IMG/VR virus record: IMGVR_UViG_2721755497_000004
Origin: a virus
Taxonomy: Duplodnaviria; Heunggongvirae; Uroviricota; Caudoviricetes
DNA: 47,379 bases
Direction: 5' to 3' (one strand)
The notes below the pieces were generated by a model. It was not told the DNA's origin. It ran no database searches and worked only from the letters and a program-made list of their open reading frames with translations. This document shows positions 1-10,322 of the stretch, one piece after another; position 1 is the first letter of the stretch; each line of letters opens with the position of its first letter. The translations under genes and the position numbers were made by a program.

Positions 1-675
1 TTATTCCTGTGCCCAGCCAACCTTATATGCCAGTATATCATCCGCACTGGTCAGCTTTTCCAGCTCTTTCTTCATCATGCGCTGGCGAACGTGGATTTCC
101 ATCCCTTTCTGAAACATCGCCTTTTCTGCCGCAGCACTGAGCGCGATCAAAGCCTCCGCTGTCATCGGCACGTCATTATTTTCTGCATCTGTCCAGAAAA
201 ATCCCTCCGGCAGTATTCCCGCTTTTGCTGCTGCCACCGACGGCTCAAGACGAACCTGAGTCACCTTGCCGTAGTCCCACTTCCGTCCATTGTACTCAAA
301 CACATACTCCGCATTTTCCATGGCACTTCGCCAGGCATTTATTTCTGCCCCCTTCTGTTCACGTGCTCTGTCAGCCGTCAGCAGGTCGGTGATTTTTTCC
401 CCGTCAAATCCCCAGCGTCCGCTCAGGTCAATTTTCAGGCTTTCCGGTGCGTCCGGCACTTCAGCCACACTCTGGTTCACCGGCCACAACAACTTAATGT
501 CCTTACCATATCCCGTAATCACACCACGGCTGTCATACACCACCTTCAGCGTGTCTTCCGCAAACCTGGAATGGCATTCATACCAGTCCTGACCATCCTC
601 AGATTTCAGGTATATCGCACCCGCCACATCCGGCTCTGCCGGTGTGTAATACGAAAAATTTCTGACATGCATCAT
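1..675 (-). CDS. tfa: tail fiber assembly protein (Tfa chaperone family)
   Basis: 224-aa ORF whose stop is at window position 1-3; N-terminal region resembles tail-fiber assembly chaperones (DWYE...DTLKVVYD); lies directly downstream of stf; its ATG overlaps the stop of the upstream 74-aa ORF (ATGA). Confidence 0.6.
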   Translation of the reverse strand: MMHVRNFSYYTPAEPDVAGAIYLKSEDGQDWYECHSRFAEDTLKVVYDSRGVITGYGKDIKLLWPVNQSVAEVPDAPESLKIDLSGRWGFDGEKITDLLTADRAREQKGAEINAWRSAMENAEYVFEYNGRKWDYGKVTQVRLEPSVAAAKAGILPEGFFWTDAENNDVPMTAEALIALSAAAEKAMFQKGMEIHVRQRMMKKELEKLTSADDILAYKVGWAQE

Positions 676-896
676 TTTCCCGTGCCCTCTTCCGATACCG
701 GCACCCAGACCGGCATTTTTTCCGTACCGACTCCCCGCTTCATGCCCGCCGGTGCAGCATCCGCTGCAAAAACTTTATACACGGCATAGTCCACCTCTAT
801 ACCATCCACAGGCCAGTTCCCGGTAGTCTCGTAAACGGCGCGCAGGGAGGCCGGATAAAACATATTCGTGGACGGTGAAAAAATATAACGCTCCAT
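672..896 (-). CDS. small protein resembling only the N-terminal domain of tail fiber assembly proteins
   Basis: 74-aa ORF MERYIFSPSTNMFYPASL...GNWPVDGIEV...MPVWVP, pattern typical of Tfa N-termini; translationally coupled to the following tfa. Confidence 0.4.
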   Translation of the reverse strand: MERYIFSPSTNMFYPASLRAVYETTGNWPVDGIEVDYAVYKVFAADAAPAGMKRGVGTEKMPVWVPVSEEGTGK

Positions 897-905
897 AATC
901 CCTCC

Positions 906-2312
906 TCAGTATCCGGTCGCTTCCCAGAAAAACTTACCGGAGGTTCCTCTGACAGTCCTCAGTGTCACCGACTGCAATGACGGTGAGGACAGAGTGTATC
1001 CGGGAATTTTCCCGGGCTCCCCCACCGGAGAAACCTGAACATTCAGCACTGCTGAAGGAAAAACCACCGGAAAACGGATGGAGTGCAGTGATAACGCCTG
1101 ACCATCGGATTCACTTATCACAAGCGTCCCCCATTGTCGCATCCGTCCGGTAGCCTCATCACGTTCCCAGCCATTGACAGCCAGACTCGCCGTCGTGGGT
1201 TTATTCCTGGTACCGTAATCCACCCGCCAGTGGTATTTCCGGGTATCGCCATAAACCGTACAGGTACAGACCGTGCCATTAATAAACCCCGTTGCACCGT
1301 ATTCACCAATGGTGACCCGTACAATGGCGGCGTCATATGTTCCCATCACTTCAATGGTACAGCCGCCCAGATTGAGTTTCCCCGGTCCGACATCAGTGAT
1401 GGCCTTATTCATCGCCGCTGGCAGTGATGCCTTCATTATCCAGCAGGTATGGTCAAATGCCCCCTGCTCTTTCAGCCAGGCAACAAACTCTTCTGTCGTC
1501 CACTCACCTGCTCCGGTTGAAATGTCACGCCCGTATGCTCTGGGCACACCAAGCTCACGGATGAAAGCTTCCCTGTCTGTAATATCTTCAAGGCTGCCTG
1601 ATTTTCCCTGAGGCCCGGCAGGCCCCTGTGGTCCCGGATCTCCCTTTGGCCCTGGAGGGCCACCCGGATCTCCTTTCTCTCCCTTTTCACCCCGTTCACC
1701 TCTGGGCCCTGTGTCCCCCCTGTCACCTTTTGGTCCCACAGGACCGGCTTTACCCTCAGGTCCTGTGGCTCCGGTATCCCCTTTGGGGCCCGGAACACCC
1801 TGTGCCCCTGTTGCACCACGCTCACCCTGTGGCCCGGTTGCACCTGTCTCACCTTTCGGTCCCTGTACCCCCTGCGGTCCCGGGTCACCTTTATCACCCT
1901 TCGGCCCCCTGGCATTCTCTGCCCGTTTTTTGGCCTCCTCTGCACTGGCTGCGGAGGCTTCAGCACGCTTCAGTATTTCCGCAGCCACCGCTTCCAGCTC
2001 AGCGAGGGCTTTCGGATAATATGGCGCATCCTCAAAGTCCATCAGGAATTTATTCAGTGTTCCCGGTGCAGAGTCCGCCTTCACCAGAATGTCACCGACG
2101 TATGACGGCATACGCCCTTCTGTGTTCAGGGTCACACGGTACAGCCCCGGTTCAACATCCATACTGTAGCTGCCTGTCTCCCCCGGCTGCCCGTATGCCA
2201 CCGTAGTGACAATCACCGTTTCTGTGGTGCGTCGCGCTTTCAGTTCTATTGTGCATCCCGGTACCGGCTTCCCCGCGCCGTCCTTCAGCACACCCGATAT
2301 TCTGACTGCCAT
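906..2312 (-). CDS. stf: side tail fiber protein with collagen-like Gly-X-Y repeat region
   Basis: 468-aa ORF; N-terminus [17 protein letters not shown] resembles lambda Stf N-terminus; about 100 residues of uninterrupted G-X-Y triplets; position after J. Confidence 0.8.
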   Translation of the reverse strand: MAVRISGVLKDGAGKPVPGCTIELKARRTTETVIVTTVAYGQPGETGSYSMDVEPGLYRVTLNTEGRMPSYVGDILVKADSAPGTLNKFLMDFEDAPYYPKALAELEAVAAEILKRAEASAASAEEAKKRAENARGPKGDKGDPGPQGVQGPKGETGATGPQGERGATGAQGVPGPKGDTGATGPEGKAGPVGPKGDRGDTGPRGERGEKGEKGDPGGPPGPKGDPGPQGPAGPQGKSGSLEDITDREAFIRELGVPRAYGRDISTGAGEWTTEEFVAWLKEQGAFDHTCWIMKASLPAAMNKAITDVGPGKLNLGGCTIEVMGTYDAAIVRVTIGEYGATGFINGTVCTCTVYGDTRKYHWRVDYGTRNKPTTASLAVNGWERDEATGRMRQWGTLVISESDGQALSLHSIRFPVVFPSAVLNVQVSPVGEPGKIPGYTLSSPSLQSVTLRTVRGTSGKFFWEATGY

Positions 2313-2325
2313 AGATTTTCCCCAT

Positions 2326-2359
2326 AAAAAAACCGCAGTGCCGGTTTCCCGGTCTGCGG
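2326..2359 (-). terminator. intrinsic terminator-like hairpin plus U-run between J and stf
   Basis: Inverted repeat ACCGCAG...CTGCGGT with inner CCGG arms (2333-2359), followed on the minus strand by a 7-nt T run (plus A run 2326-2332); 14 nt upstream of the stf ATG. Confidence 0.5.
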
Positions 2360-2688
2360 TAAAAATCGTGGTTTACAGGATTAAAAAGGTGCTATCCGGA
2401 ACCGGAATTCACACAGTGAACTGTGGGTGATCCAGATAATGAGCACTACCGTGATACAAATCACGGTGGTTTTTAACGGTTTTTGCGACACAGAACTTGC
2501 TCCTTATTACGGAGAGGCGCTAACCTGCCACTTGCTTAAGGTAGACGGTTCAGGGCCTCGGGTTAACATTGAAGTTGACTCGGGGCCTTTTCACATCAGG
2601 CCTTCAGGTGTTCCCTCCGGCCATCAGCCAAAGGCACCCGCGCATACTGTACGGTTTTATATCCTTCCGGCAATTCCGGTCATCATGT

Positions 2689-5600
2689 TCACGAAATACT
2701 GATACCCGCCGTGGATTTTTTCATGACCACAACCAGTAAATCACTGATGTATGTTGTCGGCGTCCAGTGGTTCACCCCGTTCGACCACACATTAAACGTC
2801 AGGGTCACATGACCCCGTCCTGCCGGCATATCAATGACGGACGAAAACACCCGGGTGACATCCGTTGCCGGCTCATGAAAAATTACCCTTCCGTTCATCT
2901 GCACCTGTAACTGACACGTGGAATACCATGTTGAAGTGTGATCTTTGCTGGACTGGTGCTCATGTCTCGCCCCCCGGAACAGTACCGGTGGAATGATGAT
3001 CTGCCTGTCGAAGCCCTGGTCATCATAAACGGTGACCGTTATAGTGCCACTGGCATAACTGTTATTCCGTGGGAAAGCTTTCCCCACTGTTTTGACCAGG
3101 TCACCTTCAATCTGGTTTGCAGACAGTTTTCCCAGAATCCGGCAGTTCTGGTTAATGGTCACATTATTGAGCGTGCCAGAGTTCGCATTAATATTTCCGC
3201 TGATATCCGCATTACGGGCCGTCAGCCTGCCTTCCGGCGTCAGGGAGAACACAGGGGGATTGCCGGACGAGGTGATGCTCACCGCAAACAACCGCTTCAG
3301 GAATACGTCGTTCATGAACAACTGATTCCCCTGCGCCACAAACAGCGGCGTGGTGTTGCCGTTCTCCGGGTTAATCATCGCGATACGGTCAGCCTGCAGC
3401 AGAATATTGCTCAGGGTCTGGCCATCAACATCCTCAATCCCCGCACCAATACCAGCAACATACGGAATACCGTTTTTCGTTTTCTGCACCTTCAGCATGT
3501 ACAGTGCGCTCAGGCTGTCATCCGTCTCCTTCTGCACACGCTGTATCTGCTGTATGGTGACACTCTGGTCTTCCAGGATTTTATTGACCGTCTGTGTGAT
3601 TTCATTGCGGGTTTCTGTGATGGTGGTCTTCATCTCCGCCATCTCATCATCAAGCTGACTGTTATCAATCAGCTCCCACATCCCCTGTGCCAGATGTGTC
3701 TTCCCGATTTCTCCTTTGAAAAAGTCCAGATAACCTTCCGCATCATTGCTCGCCCGTCCGGTTGCTTCAACAAAAACGGATTTACCCACCAGGTTGACGC
3801 TGCGCACATAAAACCAGAAATCTGTCCCTGGCTTAATGTGCGAGCCGGAGACGCTCCACTGGCTGCCGGTCCCCAGATAACGGGCGGACGTTTCCACCTG
3901 TGCAGTGTTCGTGATGCGTTTTTCTGAGAACCAGAATTCAAACTGTACCGTCGGATCATACAACGCAAGACGCGGCACTGCTGTTATCTGGAAATAGCCG
4001 GGGGTCAGTTCAATGGTGGCAGGTGCTGCCGGTGCGTTAATCCGGAACGTGGTGATGGCGGCTTCACCCTGCTGCCCATAGCTGTTTATCGCCCTGACCA
4101 TCAGGGTGTACTCCCCCTGTGGCAAACCGCTGAAACGGTGCACCGTATCGGCAGTGATGGCGCTGGTCACCAGACGGCTGTTTTCACCGGTTCCGCTGGT
4201 CAGGCGCAGACTGAAGCGCACGCCCTTCACCACCCGCGGCGTGTCCCATTTCGCCACCGCCAGATACTGACCGTCAGACGCGCTTACCTCCACCGTGAGA
4301 TGCTGTACTGCCGGAGGTGTGACACTGTTCAGCGAACCGGACAACGGCTCAAAGGTGGCACCATTATCCACGATGGCCTCCTTCTCCGGCACATGCTGCA
4401 CCGCCGTGATGGCGAAGGTACCGTCCGCATTTTCGCGGATCGCCACACACCGGAACAGACGGCGGCGCAGTCCCGGCAATGCCAGCCCCCAGATACTGTG
4501 TTCCACCACCCCGTCAGGCAGTGTACTGATCTGTATCCTGTCAGGTGATGGCTGCCCGGTAACATCCACACTCACCGGCTTACCGCTGCCGTTTATCAGA
4601 TTCACCGTGGATGTGCCCTTTTCCGGGAGAGTGACTTCACGGTCAAGCGTCAGGGTCCGGCTGGCGTTGTCGACGGACAGGATCCGCCCGCCGATCACGG
4701 TACCGGCATACGCATTATCACTGATTTCAATGATATCGCCCGGCGTGTGACGCAGTCCCTCCGCCCCCACACTGAAATCCACTGTCTGTGTTTCCAGCAG
4801 TTCGGTCTTTATCACCCACAGGCCTGCCCGGTGAGCCTGACCACGGCTGGTACAGCCGAACGCATCCATCTTCAGAAGATTGCGTCCGTAGCGCAGTATG
4901 GCATCCGGATCCTCCACCAGTTCAGTCGATGTCTGCCAGCCATTCTGCGGATCGGTGTAATTCACCTCAACTGCCGTGTGTCTGTCCTTGAGGGCACTGA
5001 AGCTGTAATGAAAACTTACCCCATCCTCCCCCGTCACCACATTACCGGCGGTATAAGTCCAGACAACATCCGATGGTCTGTCCTGAACAAACGTCAGCGT
5101 CTGTCCGTTCCATACCGGCATACAGCGCATTGCAGAGCAGAAATCCCCCAGCACGTCCCACGCCTTACGCTGTTGTGACAGGTACGCATTAAAGGTCATA
5201 CGGGGTTCTGTACCACCAAAGCCATCCGGAACCGGCTGGTCACAGTACTGTCCGAGGGCATAGAGCGCCCACTTGTCCACATCCGCGGCCCCGAGGCGCT
5301 TTCCCATACCATAACGTGGATGCGTCAGCATATCCCACAGACACCAGGCCGGGTTGTTGCTGTATGCCGGTTTCAGAGTCCCGTCCCAGATACCGCTGTA
5401 TGTACGTTTTTCCGGGTCATAGTTTGACGGCACCTGGATGATGCGCCCGCGGATATGGTAGTTCACCGCCATCTGCTGCCCACCGAACTGCTCCGCATCC
5501 ACCTGCAGCCCCACTATGGCTGTGTTCGGGTAGCTCTGTTTCACATCGATGATTTCGGTGTATGACGACCAGAGCGTTCTGTTCTGCAGCTGGTCCGTGG

Positions 5601-6165
5601 TACTGTCCGCCGTCTCCCTGACTATCCGGATATTAAAGGGACGCTCAGGGAGGTTACCGATTATCACCGACGTCAGGTACTGCGAGGTGGTCTTACCGTT
5701 AATGGTGATATCCTTCTCTGTCACCCAGTGCCCGCTACGCTCAAGCTGAATCAGCAACCGGACAGAAGAGGGATTACGGTCACCCTTTGAGGTCGTCTCC
5801 ACCAGTGACTGAACCCCGAAGGTGACCCGCAGACGGTCAATGTTCGCTGACGTGATGGTGCGCGTCACTGGCTTCGCCTTCGTCACCTCCACGCCCAGTG
5901 CGGTTTCCGCACCAGAAGACTCAAAGCCTTCCGGCGGCGTCTGCTCCTGCTCCCCTGCACGCCAGACGGCTGTCACGCCATGTATCACGGGATTACCGTC
6001 CATATCCGTCAGCGGGGTTTTGTTCACCAGAATACTCTGCAGTCCCTTCACCGGACCTTCAACCGGCCCTTCACCAATGGCATCAATCACGCTCATCATC
6101 TGCGTGGACTTCAGGTTATCCTTCGCCTCACGCGGTGTGTGCCCCTTGCCGCCCCCCTTACCCAT
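2689..6165 (-). CDS. J: tail tip host-specificity protein J (central tail fiber)
   Basis: 1158-aa ORF; N-terminus [22 protein letters not shown] and C-terminus DLLVVVMKK closely resemble lambda gpJ as recalled; synteny after I. Confidence 0.95.
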   Translation of the reverse strand: MGKGGGKGHTPREAKDNLKSTQMMSVIDAIGEGPVEGPVKGLQSILVNKTPLTDMDGNPVIHGVTAVWRAGEQEQTPPEGFESSGAETALGVEVTKAKPVTRTITSANIDRLRVTFGVQSLVETTSKGDRNPSSVRLLIQLERSGHWVTEKDITINGKTTSQYLTSVIIGNLPERPFNIRIVRETADSTTDQLQNRTLWSSYTEIIDVKQSYPNTAIVGLQVDAEQFGGQQMAVNYHIRGRIIQVPSNYDPEKRTYSGIWDGTLKPAYSNNPAWCLWDMLTHPRYGMGKRLGAADVDKWALYALGQYCDQPVPDGFGGTEPRMTFNAYLSQQRKAWDVLGDFCSAMRCMPVWNGQTLTFVQDRPSDVVWTYTAGNVVTGEDGVSFHYSFSALKDRHTAVEVNYTDPQNGWQTSTELVEDPDAILRYGRNLLKMDAFGCTSRGQAHRAGLWVIKTELLETQTVDFSVGAEGLRHTPGDIIEISDNAYAGTVIGGRILSVDNASRTLTLDREVTLPEKGTSTVNLINGSGKPVSVDVTGQPSPDRIQISTLPDGVVEHSIWGLALPGLRRRLFRCVAIRENADGTFAITAVQHVPEKEAIVDNGATFEPLSGSLNSVTPPAVQHLTVEVSASDGQYLAVAKWDTPRVVKGVRFSLRLTSGTGENSRLVTSAITADTVHRFSGLPQGEYTLMVRAINSYGQQGEAAITTFRINAPAAPATIELTPGYFQITAVPRLALYDPTVQFEFWFSEKRITNTAQVETSARYLGTGSQWSVSGSHIKPGTDFWFYVRSVNLVGKSVFVEATGRASNDAEGYLDFFKGEIGKTHLAQGMWELIDNSQLDDEMAEMKTTITETRNEITQTVNKILEDQSVTIQQIQRVQKETDDSLSALYMLKVQKTKNGIPYVAGIGAGIEDVDGQTLSNILLQADRIAMINPENGNTTPLFVAQGNQLFMNDVFLKRLFAVSITSSGNPPVFSLTPEGRLTARNADISGNINANSGTLNNVTINQNCRILGKLSANQIEGDLVKTVGKAFPRNNSYASGTITVTVYDDQGFDRQIIIPPVLFRGARHEHQSSKDHTSTWYSTCQLQVQMNGRVIFHEPATDVTRVFSSVIDMPAGRGHVTLTFNVWSNGVNHWTPTTYISDLLVVVMKKSTAGISIS

Positions 6166-6406
6166 TGCGTCACCCTTTAGTGTCTGATATCAGTATCTGT
6201 TTATGTACAAAAACAACAGGCACCCCAGAGGGTGCCTGTCTGCTGAGTGAATAAAATTCCTGAATTTCTTCACACTTCCGGCAATTACCTGTAGCCACCA
6301 TAATTACGCTGCGTTACTGTTTTCCTGCCTGAAAAATAACTCCATAACGTTAATCTTCATCGTTTATTTCCCGCAGCTCCGCTAACTCTGCGGGATTTTT
6401 TTATTT

Positions 6407-7045
6407 TCATCCCCGCCCGATAACCACCACCTTACCGTCTCCGCCTTCATCACGGGTGCTGATGTCCTGGGATATCCGTCGCGACCCCACAAGCATCTCA
6501 CCATAAGGCACCGGCATCGGGTTACCCTGGGCAATCATGTTGTCCAGTGAGGAGAAATACGTGTTCCGTTTACCATTATCTGTTGTCGTGGCAGACGGTG
6601 TTTTCGCCCTGGGGGTGAGCATCTGCGTGATACCCCCCACCATCATGGCCACCCCAAGATTACCGATGACAGCACCAATACCGGTCCAGCTAAACACATA
6701 TCCCACAACAGCCAGAACAGCACCGGCCACCACCTGAAGAACACCGCCGTTTTTTGCCCCCTCCGTCCGGGGCACCAGATGGATAACATCCCCGTCATTC
6801 AACGGCTCACATACTCTGGAATGAAGCTCCTGTTCAGATACATCCCTGCCCGCAATGCGTAACTGATACCATCCCTCATACAGTTTCTGCCGGAATCCCG
6901 GCACCTGCAGCGACAGGGCACGGATGGCCTCCGCTGCCGTGTTCACATACAGGCTGATGCGGCGACCAAATCGTTGTAAATCCCCGTGAAGGCAGATACG
7001 GACCAGTGGCGGTGACGCCAGACAGAATGCGTTCGTCGTTGCCAT
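6407..7045 (-). CDS. I: tail assembly protein I
   Basis: 212-aa ORF similar to lambda gpI (ICLHGDLQRFGRRI..., NTYFSSLDNM...); synteny. Confidence 0.9.
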   Translation of the reverse strand: MATTNAFCLASPPLVRICLHGDLQRFGRRISLYVNTAAEAIRALSLQVPGFRQKLYEGWYQLRIAGRDVSEQELHSRVCEPLNDGDVIHLVPRTEGAKNGGVLQVVAGAVLAVVGYVFSWTGIGAVIGNLGVAMMVGGITQMLTPRAKTPSATTTDNGKRNTYFSSLDNMIAQGNPMPVPYGEMLVGSRRISQDISTRDEGGDGKVVVIGRG

Positions 7046-7686
7046 TTTTCAGAATACCTCTCCCGTTTACTCAGTTGTTCAGGTATATGGTGAAGCAGCT
7101 CACCATTGCCACAGTAAATGGCAGCATGATTGGGTACCGATGAACCAAAACAGCACAGCAGAATGTCTCCCGCCTGTGCACCGGACAGGGATACCCGGTA
7201 AAAGCCGTTTTCCGCCAGATTGTCCAGGTACAGGTTCTGACCGTTGCGCCACCAGTCATCCTCACGCGCAAAATCCGGCAGCGTTATCCCCGCCAGATGG
7301 TATGCATCCCGGAACAGGGTGTAACAGTCCGTCACACCGTGTTCAAAACGCCGTCCGGTGAGGTGCGGAACGCAGCGGAAATGATGAATTTCGCCCTGGC
7401 AGACCAGCCACCAGGGAATTGCACTTTTTACCTGCAGCCGCCGGTCCGCCTCGCTCAGCCAGGGCAGACCGCCGGGATGACTGTGGACCAGCGCCACAAT
7501 CTCCCCCTGCATATCCGCCCGCAACCAGTCTTCCGGCGCAATACGAAAATACGCCTCCGGCTCTGCAGAAATATTCACGCACGGCTGATACTGCTCCCCC
7601 TCCGGCGTTCTCACCACGAAGCCGCACGACTCCGCTGGCGCACACCGCCGTGCATGCGCCAGAATGGCTGATTCAGTCTGTTCCAT
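6943..7686 (-). CDS. K: tail assembly protein K (JAB/MPN plus NlpC/P60-like)
   Basis: MEQTESAILAHARRCAPAESCGFVV...HSHPGG...; start taken at the MEQTES Met; 3' end overlaps the I start by about 100 nt. Confidence 0.85.
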   Translation of the reverse strand: MEQTESAILAHARRCAPAESCGFVVRTPEGEQYQPCVNISAEPEAYFRIAPEDWLRADMQGEIVALVHSHPGGLPWLSEADRRLQVKSAIPWWLVCQGEIHHFRCVPHLTGRRFEHGVTDCYTLFRDAYHLAGITLPDFAREDDWWRNGQNLYLDNLAENGFYRVSLSGAQAGDILLCCFGSSVPNHAAIYCGNGELLHHIPEQLSKRERYSEKWQRRTHSVWRHRHWSVSAFTGIYNDLVAASACM

Positions 7687-7691
7687 GATAA

Positions 7692-8390
7692 TCACTGTGA
7701 AAGTTTATTAATGGAAAGGAAAAAACCGCCGTTTGCCACATTCCCGCGCATTTCACAACCGCGCAGGCACTTGCTGCATTTGTCTTTCCTGATATCCGTG
7801 GTGGGTTTGTCGAACTCGTCAGCCACTGCCGGACCGTTATACCCACATTCCTCTCCACGGTAATCCCACGGACAGGTATTGGCCAGCATGATACGACCGG
7901 GAAACAGCGCCCCGTCCGTCTCTGCCGGTGTCGCCAGGATAAAGGTCGCCTTTTCGCAGGTCAGCGCTGACAACTGCTCCACCACCCAGCGATCTGTCAG
8001 CTCCTGCTCAGGGTCAGCCTCCGGGTTTCCCGCAACAAAATTCACGGCATCGAGAAAACGGGCGTACACCCGGCGGCGAACCACCGTGCCCCCGACCAGA
8101 CTCTGCAAATCCTCCGCCATGCCGGTGACCAGTCCGAACAGATTCGAGACAATCAGCGACGGTCGCGCACTGCTGCCCTTGCCGTTCATCTCAAAGCCGC
8201 TGCCCTCTATCGGGTATGCCTGATACTGACGCCCCTGCCAGGTGACAGGCTCGCCCTTTTCATTGATTTCACCGCAGAAAAAATAGCGTTCGCCTCCCTG
8301 CGCCTTCAGGTCGATTTCCCACAGCACCACGCGGGCGGACTGCGCTGATTTTACTGCCTCGTTCAGACTCTCCTCATGAATATCCTGCAT
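7692..8390 (-). CDS. L: minor tail protein L
   Basis: Translation from the MQDIHEES Met matches lambda gpL along its length; ORF-track start lies further upstream. Confidence 0.9.
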   Translation of the reverse strand: MQDIHEESLNEAVKSAQSARVVLWEIDLKAQGGERYFFCGEINEKGEPVTWQGRQYQAYPIEGSGFEMNGKGSSARPSLIVSNLFGLVTGMAEDLQSLVGGTVVRRRVYARFLDAVNFVAGNPEADPEQELTDRWVVEQLSALTCEKATFILATPAETDGALFPGRIMLANTCPWDYRGEECGYNGPAVADEFDKPTTDIRKDKCSKCLRGCEMRGNVANGGFFLSINKLSQ

Positions 8391-8542
8391 ATGTATCCGC
8401 CCATAAAAAAGGGGCGCAGACGCGCCCCGAACAATACGTTCAGTTTTAAATAAAACCAATAAAGGTAATAACAGAAAATTAAATCAGCATATGCATGGCA
8501 ATTGCTGATGCAGTGACCAATGAAAACTATGTTTTCATTGAT

Positions 8543-8572
8543 ACAGACCGCCTGTAAGGGCAGACGGTCTGT
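8543..8572. terminator. hairpin downstream of the porin gene (putative terminator)
   Basis: ACAGACCGCCTG / CAGACGGTCTGT 11-of-12 bp stem with TAAGGG loop in the 136-bp AT-rich gap between porin stop and L start. Confidence 0.4.
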
Positions 8573-8595
8573 ATTTATTAACTTATCAGCAATAA

Positions 8596-9759
8596 TCAGA
8601 ACTGATAAGTCATCCCAACAGCAACGATATTATCTGTCGCAATACCGGCTTTCTGGGTAAATTCGCTTTCATCAATCAGGTTAATTTTATAATCAACATA
8701 AGTGGACATATTTTTGTTAAAGTAATAAGTCGCACCGACATCAATATATTTAACCAGATCCTGGTCGCCATGGTTCACACCACCAACCATAACATCCTGT
8801 CCGCGGGACTGCAGATAAGCCAGAGATGGACGCAGGCCAAAATCGAACTGATACTGAGCAACCATTTCAAGGTTTTGTGCTTTATCCGCAACCCCGGTAT
8901 CACCAAAAGTGGTCATATTCTGGGTTTCGGAATAAATTGCAGCCAGATACAGATTGTTTGCATCATATTTAAGGCCAGTCCCCCACATCTCAGCATACTT
9001 ACCTTTTGCAACGCTGCCGGAATCAACGGACACTTCTTTTTCCGTCACATCCCCCGTTAAAGGATCTTTGACTTCAATAGTTTTGCTACCATTCAGGCCA
9101 TTAACCTGCTTACCTGTACGATCTGACTTAGTATACGCTGCCACAAAACCAAAACCATCAAACTCATAGCTGGCAGAGAAACCATATCCATCACCATTAG
9201 ACTTCTGGAGGTCATCTCGCTCATTTTTTCCCTGATACTGGGCTGCAAAGTTAAGACCATCCACCAGTCCGAAGAAATCTGTATTGCGGTAAGTCAGCAC
9301 TCCGGAAGTACGAGCAGTCATGAAGTTATCAGTCTGCGTCCAGCCATCGCCACCAAATTCTGGCAGAACGTCTGTATACGAACCGACATCATAAGCGATA
9401 CCATAATTACGCCCGTAATCAATGCTACCTAAATCAGCGAATTTCAAACCGGCAAATGCCAGACGGGTTTTATTGCCTGCCGTCCCTTCAGACTCGGCCT
9501 TATTACCTGAAAACTGATATTCCCAGTGACCAAAACCTGTCAGTTGATCATTGATCTGAGTCTCACCTTTAAAACCAAGACGTGCATAGGTCTTATCGCC
9601 ATCATCACCTTTATCGTCTGAGAAGTAATGGAGAGCAGTTACACGACCATAAAGATCCAGCTTATTACCATCTTTATTATAAACTTCTGCTGCCTGAGCC
9701 CCCGCAGCAAACATCACTGCCACTGCAACAGCAGAAAGTGCCACTGTCATTTTTTTCAT
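8596..9759 (-). CDS. OmpC/NmpC/Lc-family outer membrane porin (phage moron)
   Basis: 387-aa ORF with cleavable signal peptide (…[10 protein letters not shown]), enterobacterial general-porin motifs and C-terminal ...GMTYQF; flanked by AT-rich DNA; inserted between tail genes M and L. Confidence 0.9.
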   Translation of the reverse strand: MKKMTVALSAVAVAVMFAAGAQAAEVYNKDGNKLDLYGRVTALHYFSDDKGDDGDKTYARLGFKGETQINDQLTGFGHWEYQFSGNKAESEGTAGNKTRLAFAGLKFADLGSIDYGRNYGIAYDVGSYTDVLPEFGGDGWTQTDNFMTARTSGVLTYRNTDFFGLVDGLNFAAQYQGKNERDDLQKSNGDGYGFSASYEFDGFGFVAAYTKSDRTGKQVNGLNGSKTIEVKDPLTGDVTEKEVSVDSGSVAKGKYAEMWGTGLKYDANNLYLAAIYSETQNMTTFGDTGVADKAQNLEMVAQYQFDFGLRPSLAYLQSRGQDVMVGGVNHGDQDLVKYIDVGATYYFNKNMSTYVDYKINLIDESEFTQKAGIATDNIVAVGMTYQF

Positions 9760-9992
9760 TTATTTAGTCCTTTTTAATCTTTTAACCGAACTGTTCACAA
9801 CAGAAACTGTCATAAACATTATTTAAAATATTTAAAATAGCTGCCCATTCAATATTCAAAATGTAAGAGAATGTAAAAAAAAGATCCAGGCAACACTTTA
9901 TAATAAGAAATGAGACAAATAAATATATAAAATAGCAATTTATTATTTTAATTATTTTCACTACTTTTATTTATTTTATTATTTTATCCACT
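9760..9992 (-). promoter_or_regulatory. AT-rich upstream region of porin moron (probable autonomous promoter region)
   Basis: 233 bp of very AT-rich sequence between M stop and porin start, atypical for the surrounding tail operon. Confidence 0.35.
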
Positions 9993-10322
9993 TCAGCTTA
10001 CTACCTGTTTAAACTCAGCACTAAATTCCACACGCAGCATATTTATCCTGGAGGTCCATTTAGCACACGTCACCTTTATCTGCCTGTACGTATAAGGCGG
10101 CGTCCACAGAAACGCCTTCCAACCCCCGTGCTCTGCCAGAAAATCTTCCAGCCGTCTGGCATCATCACGGGACACAGACAGCGAAACGTTGTAGATTTTC
10201 AGATCCGCATTCAGCCCGGCAGGCGCACGCTGGGAATACCCGTCCCCAAAACGCACTTCCATAACCGACGGCTCAGAGGTCACTTCCATTCCCGGCTTCA
10301 CTTTCCAGCGAAATGTTTTCAA
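9993..10322 (-). CDS. M: minor tail protein M
   Basis: MKTFRWKVKPGM...FGDGYSQRAPAGLNA... near-identical pattern to lambda gpM. Confidence 0.9.
   Translation of the reverse strand: MKTFRWKVKPGMEVTSEPSVMEVRFGDGYSQRAPAGLNADLKIYNVSLSVSRDDARRLEDFLAEHGGWKAFLWTPPYTYRQIKVTCAKWTSRINMLRVEFSAEFKQVVS

Noticed and set aside
1628-2206. Plus-strand ORFs (192 aa and 102 aa) rich in Pro/Ala/Leu overlapping the stf collagen-repeat region
   Set aside because: Antisense reading of the GC-rich Gly-X-Y repeat DNA; the minus-strand tail fiber frame is supported by its N-terminal similarity to lambda Stf and by synteny.
2938-5178. Several plus-strand ORFs (up to 329 aa) inside the J gene
   Set aside because: Fully contained in the antisense strand of a 1158-aa ORF that matches lambda gpJ end to end; no RBS or recognisable domains.
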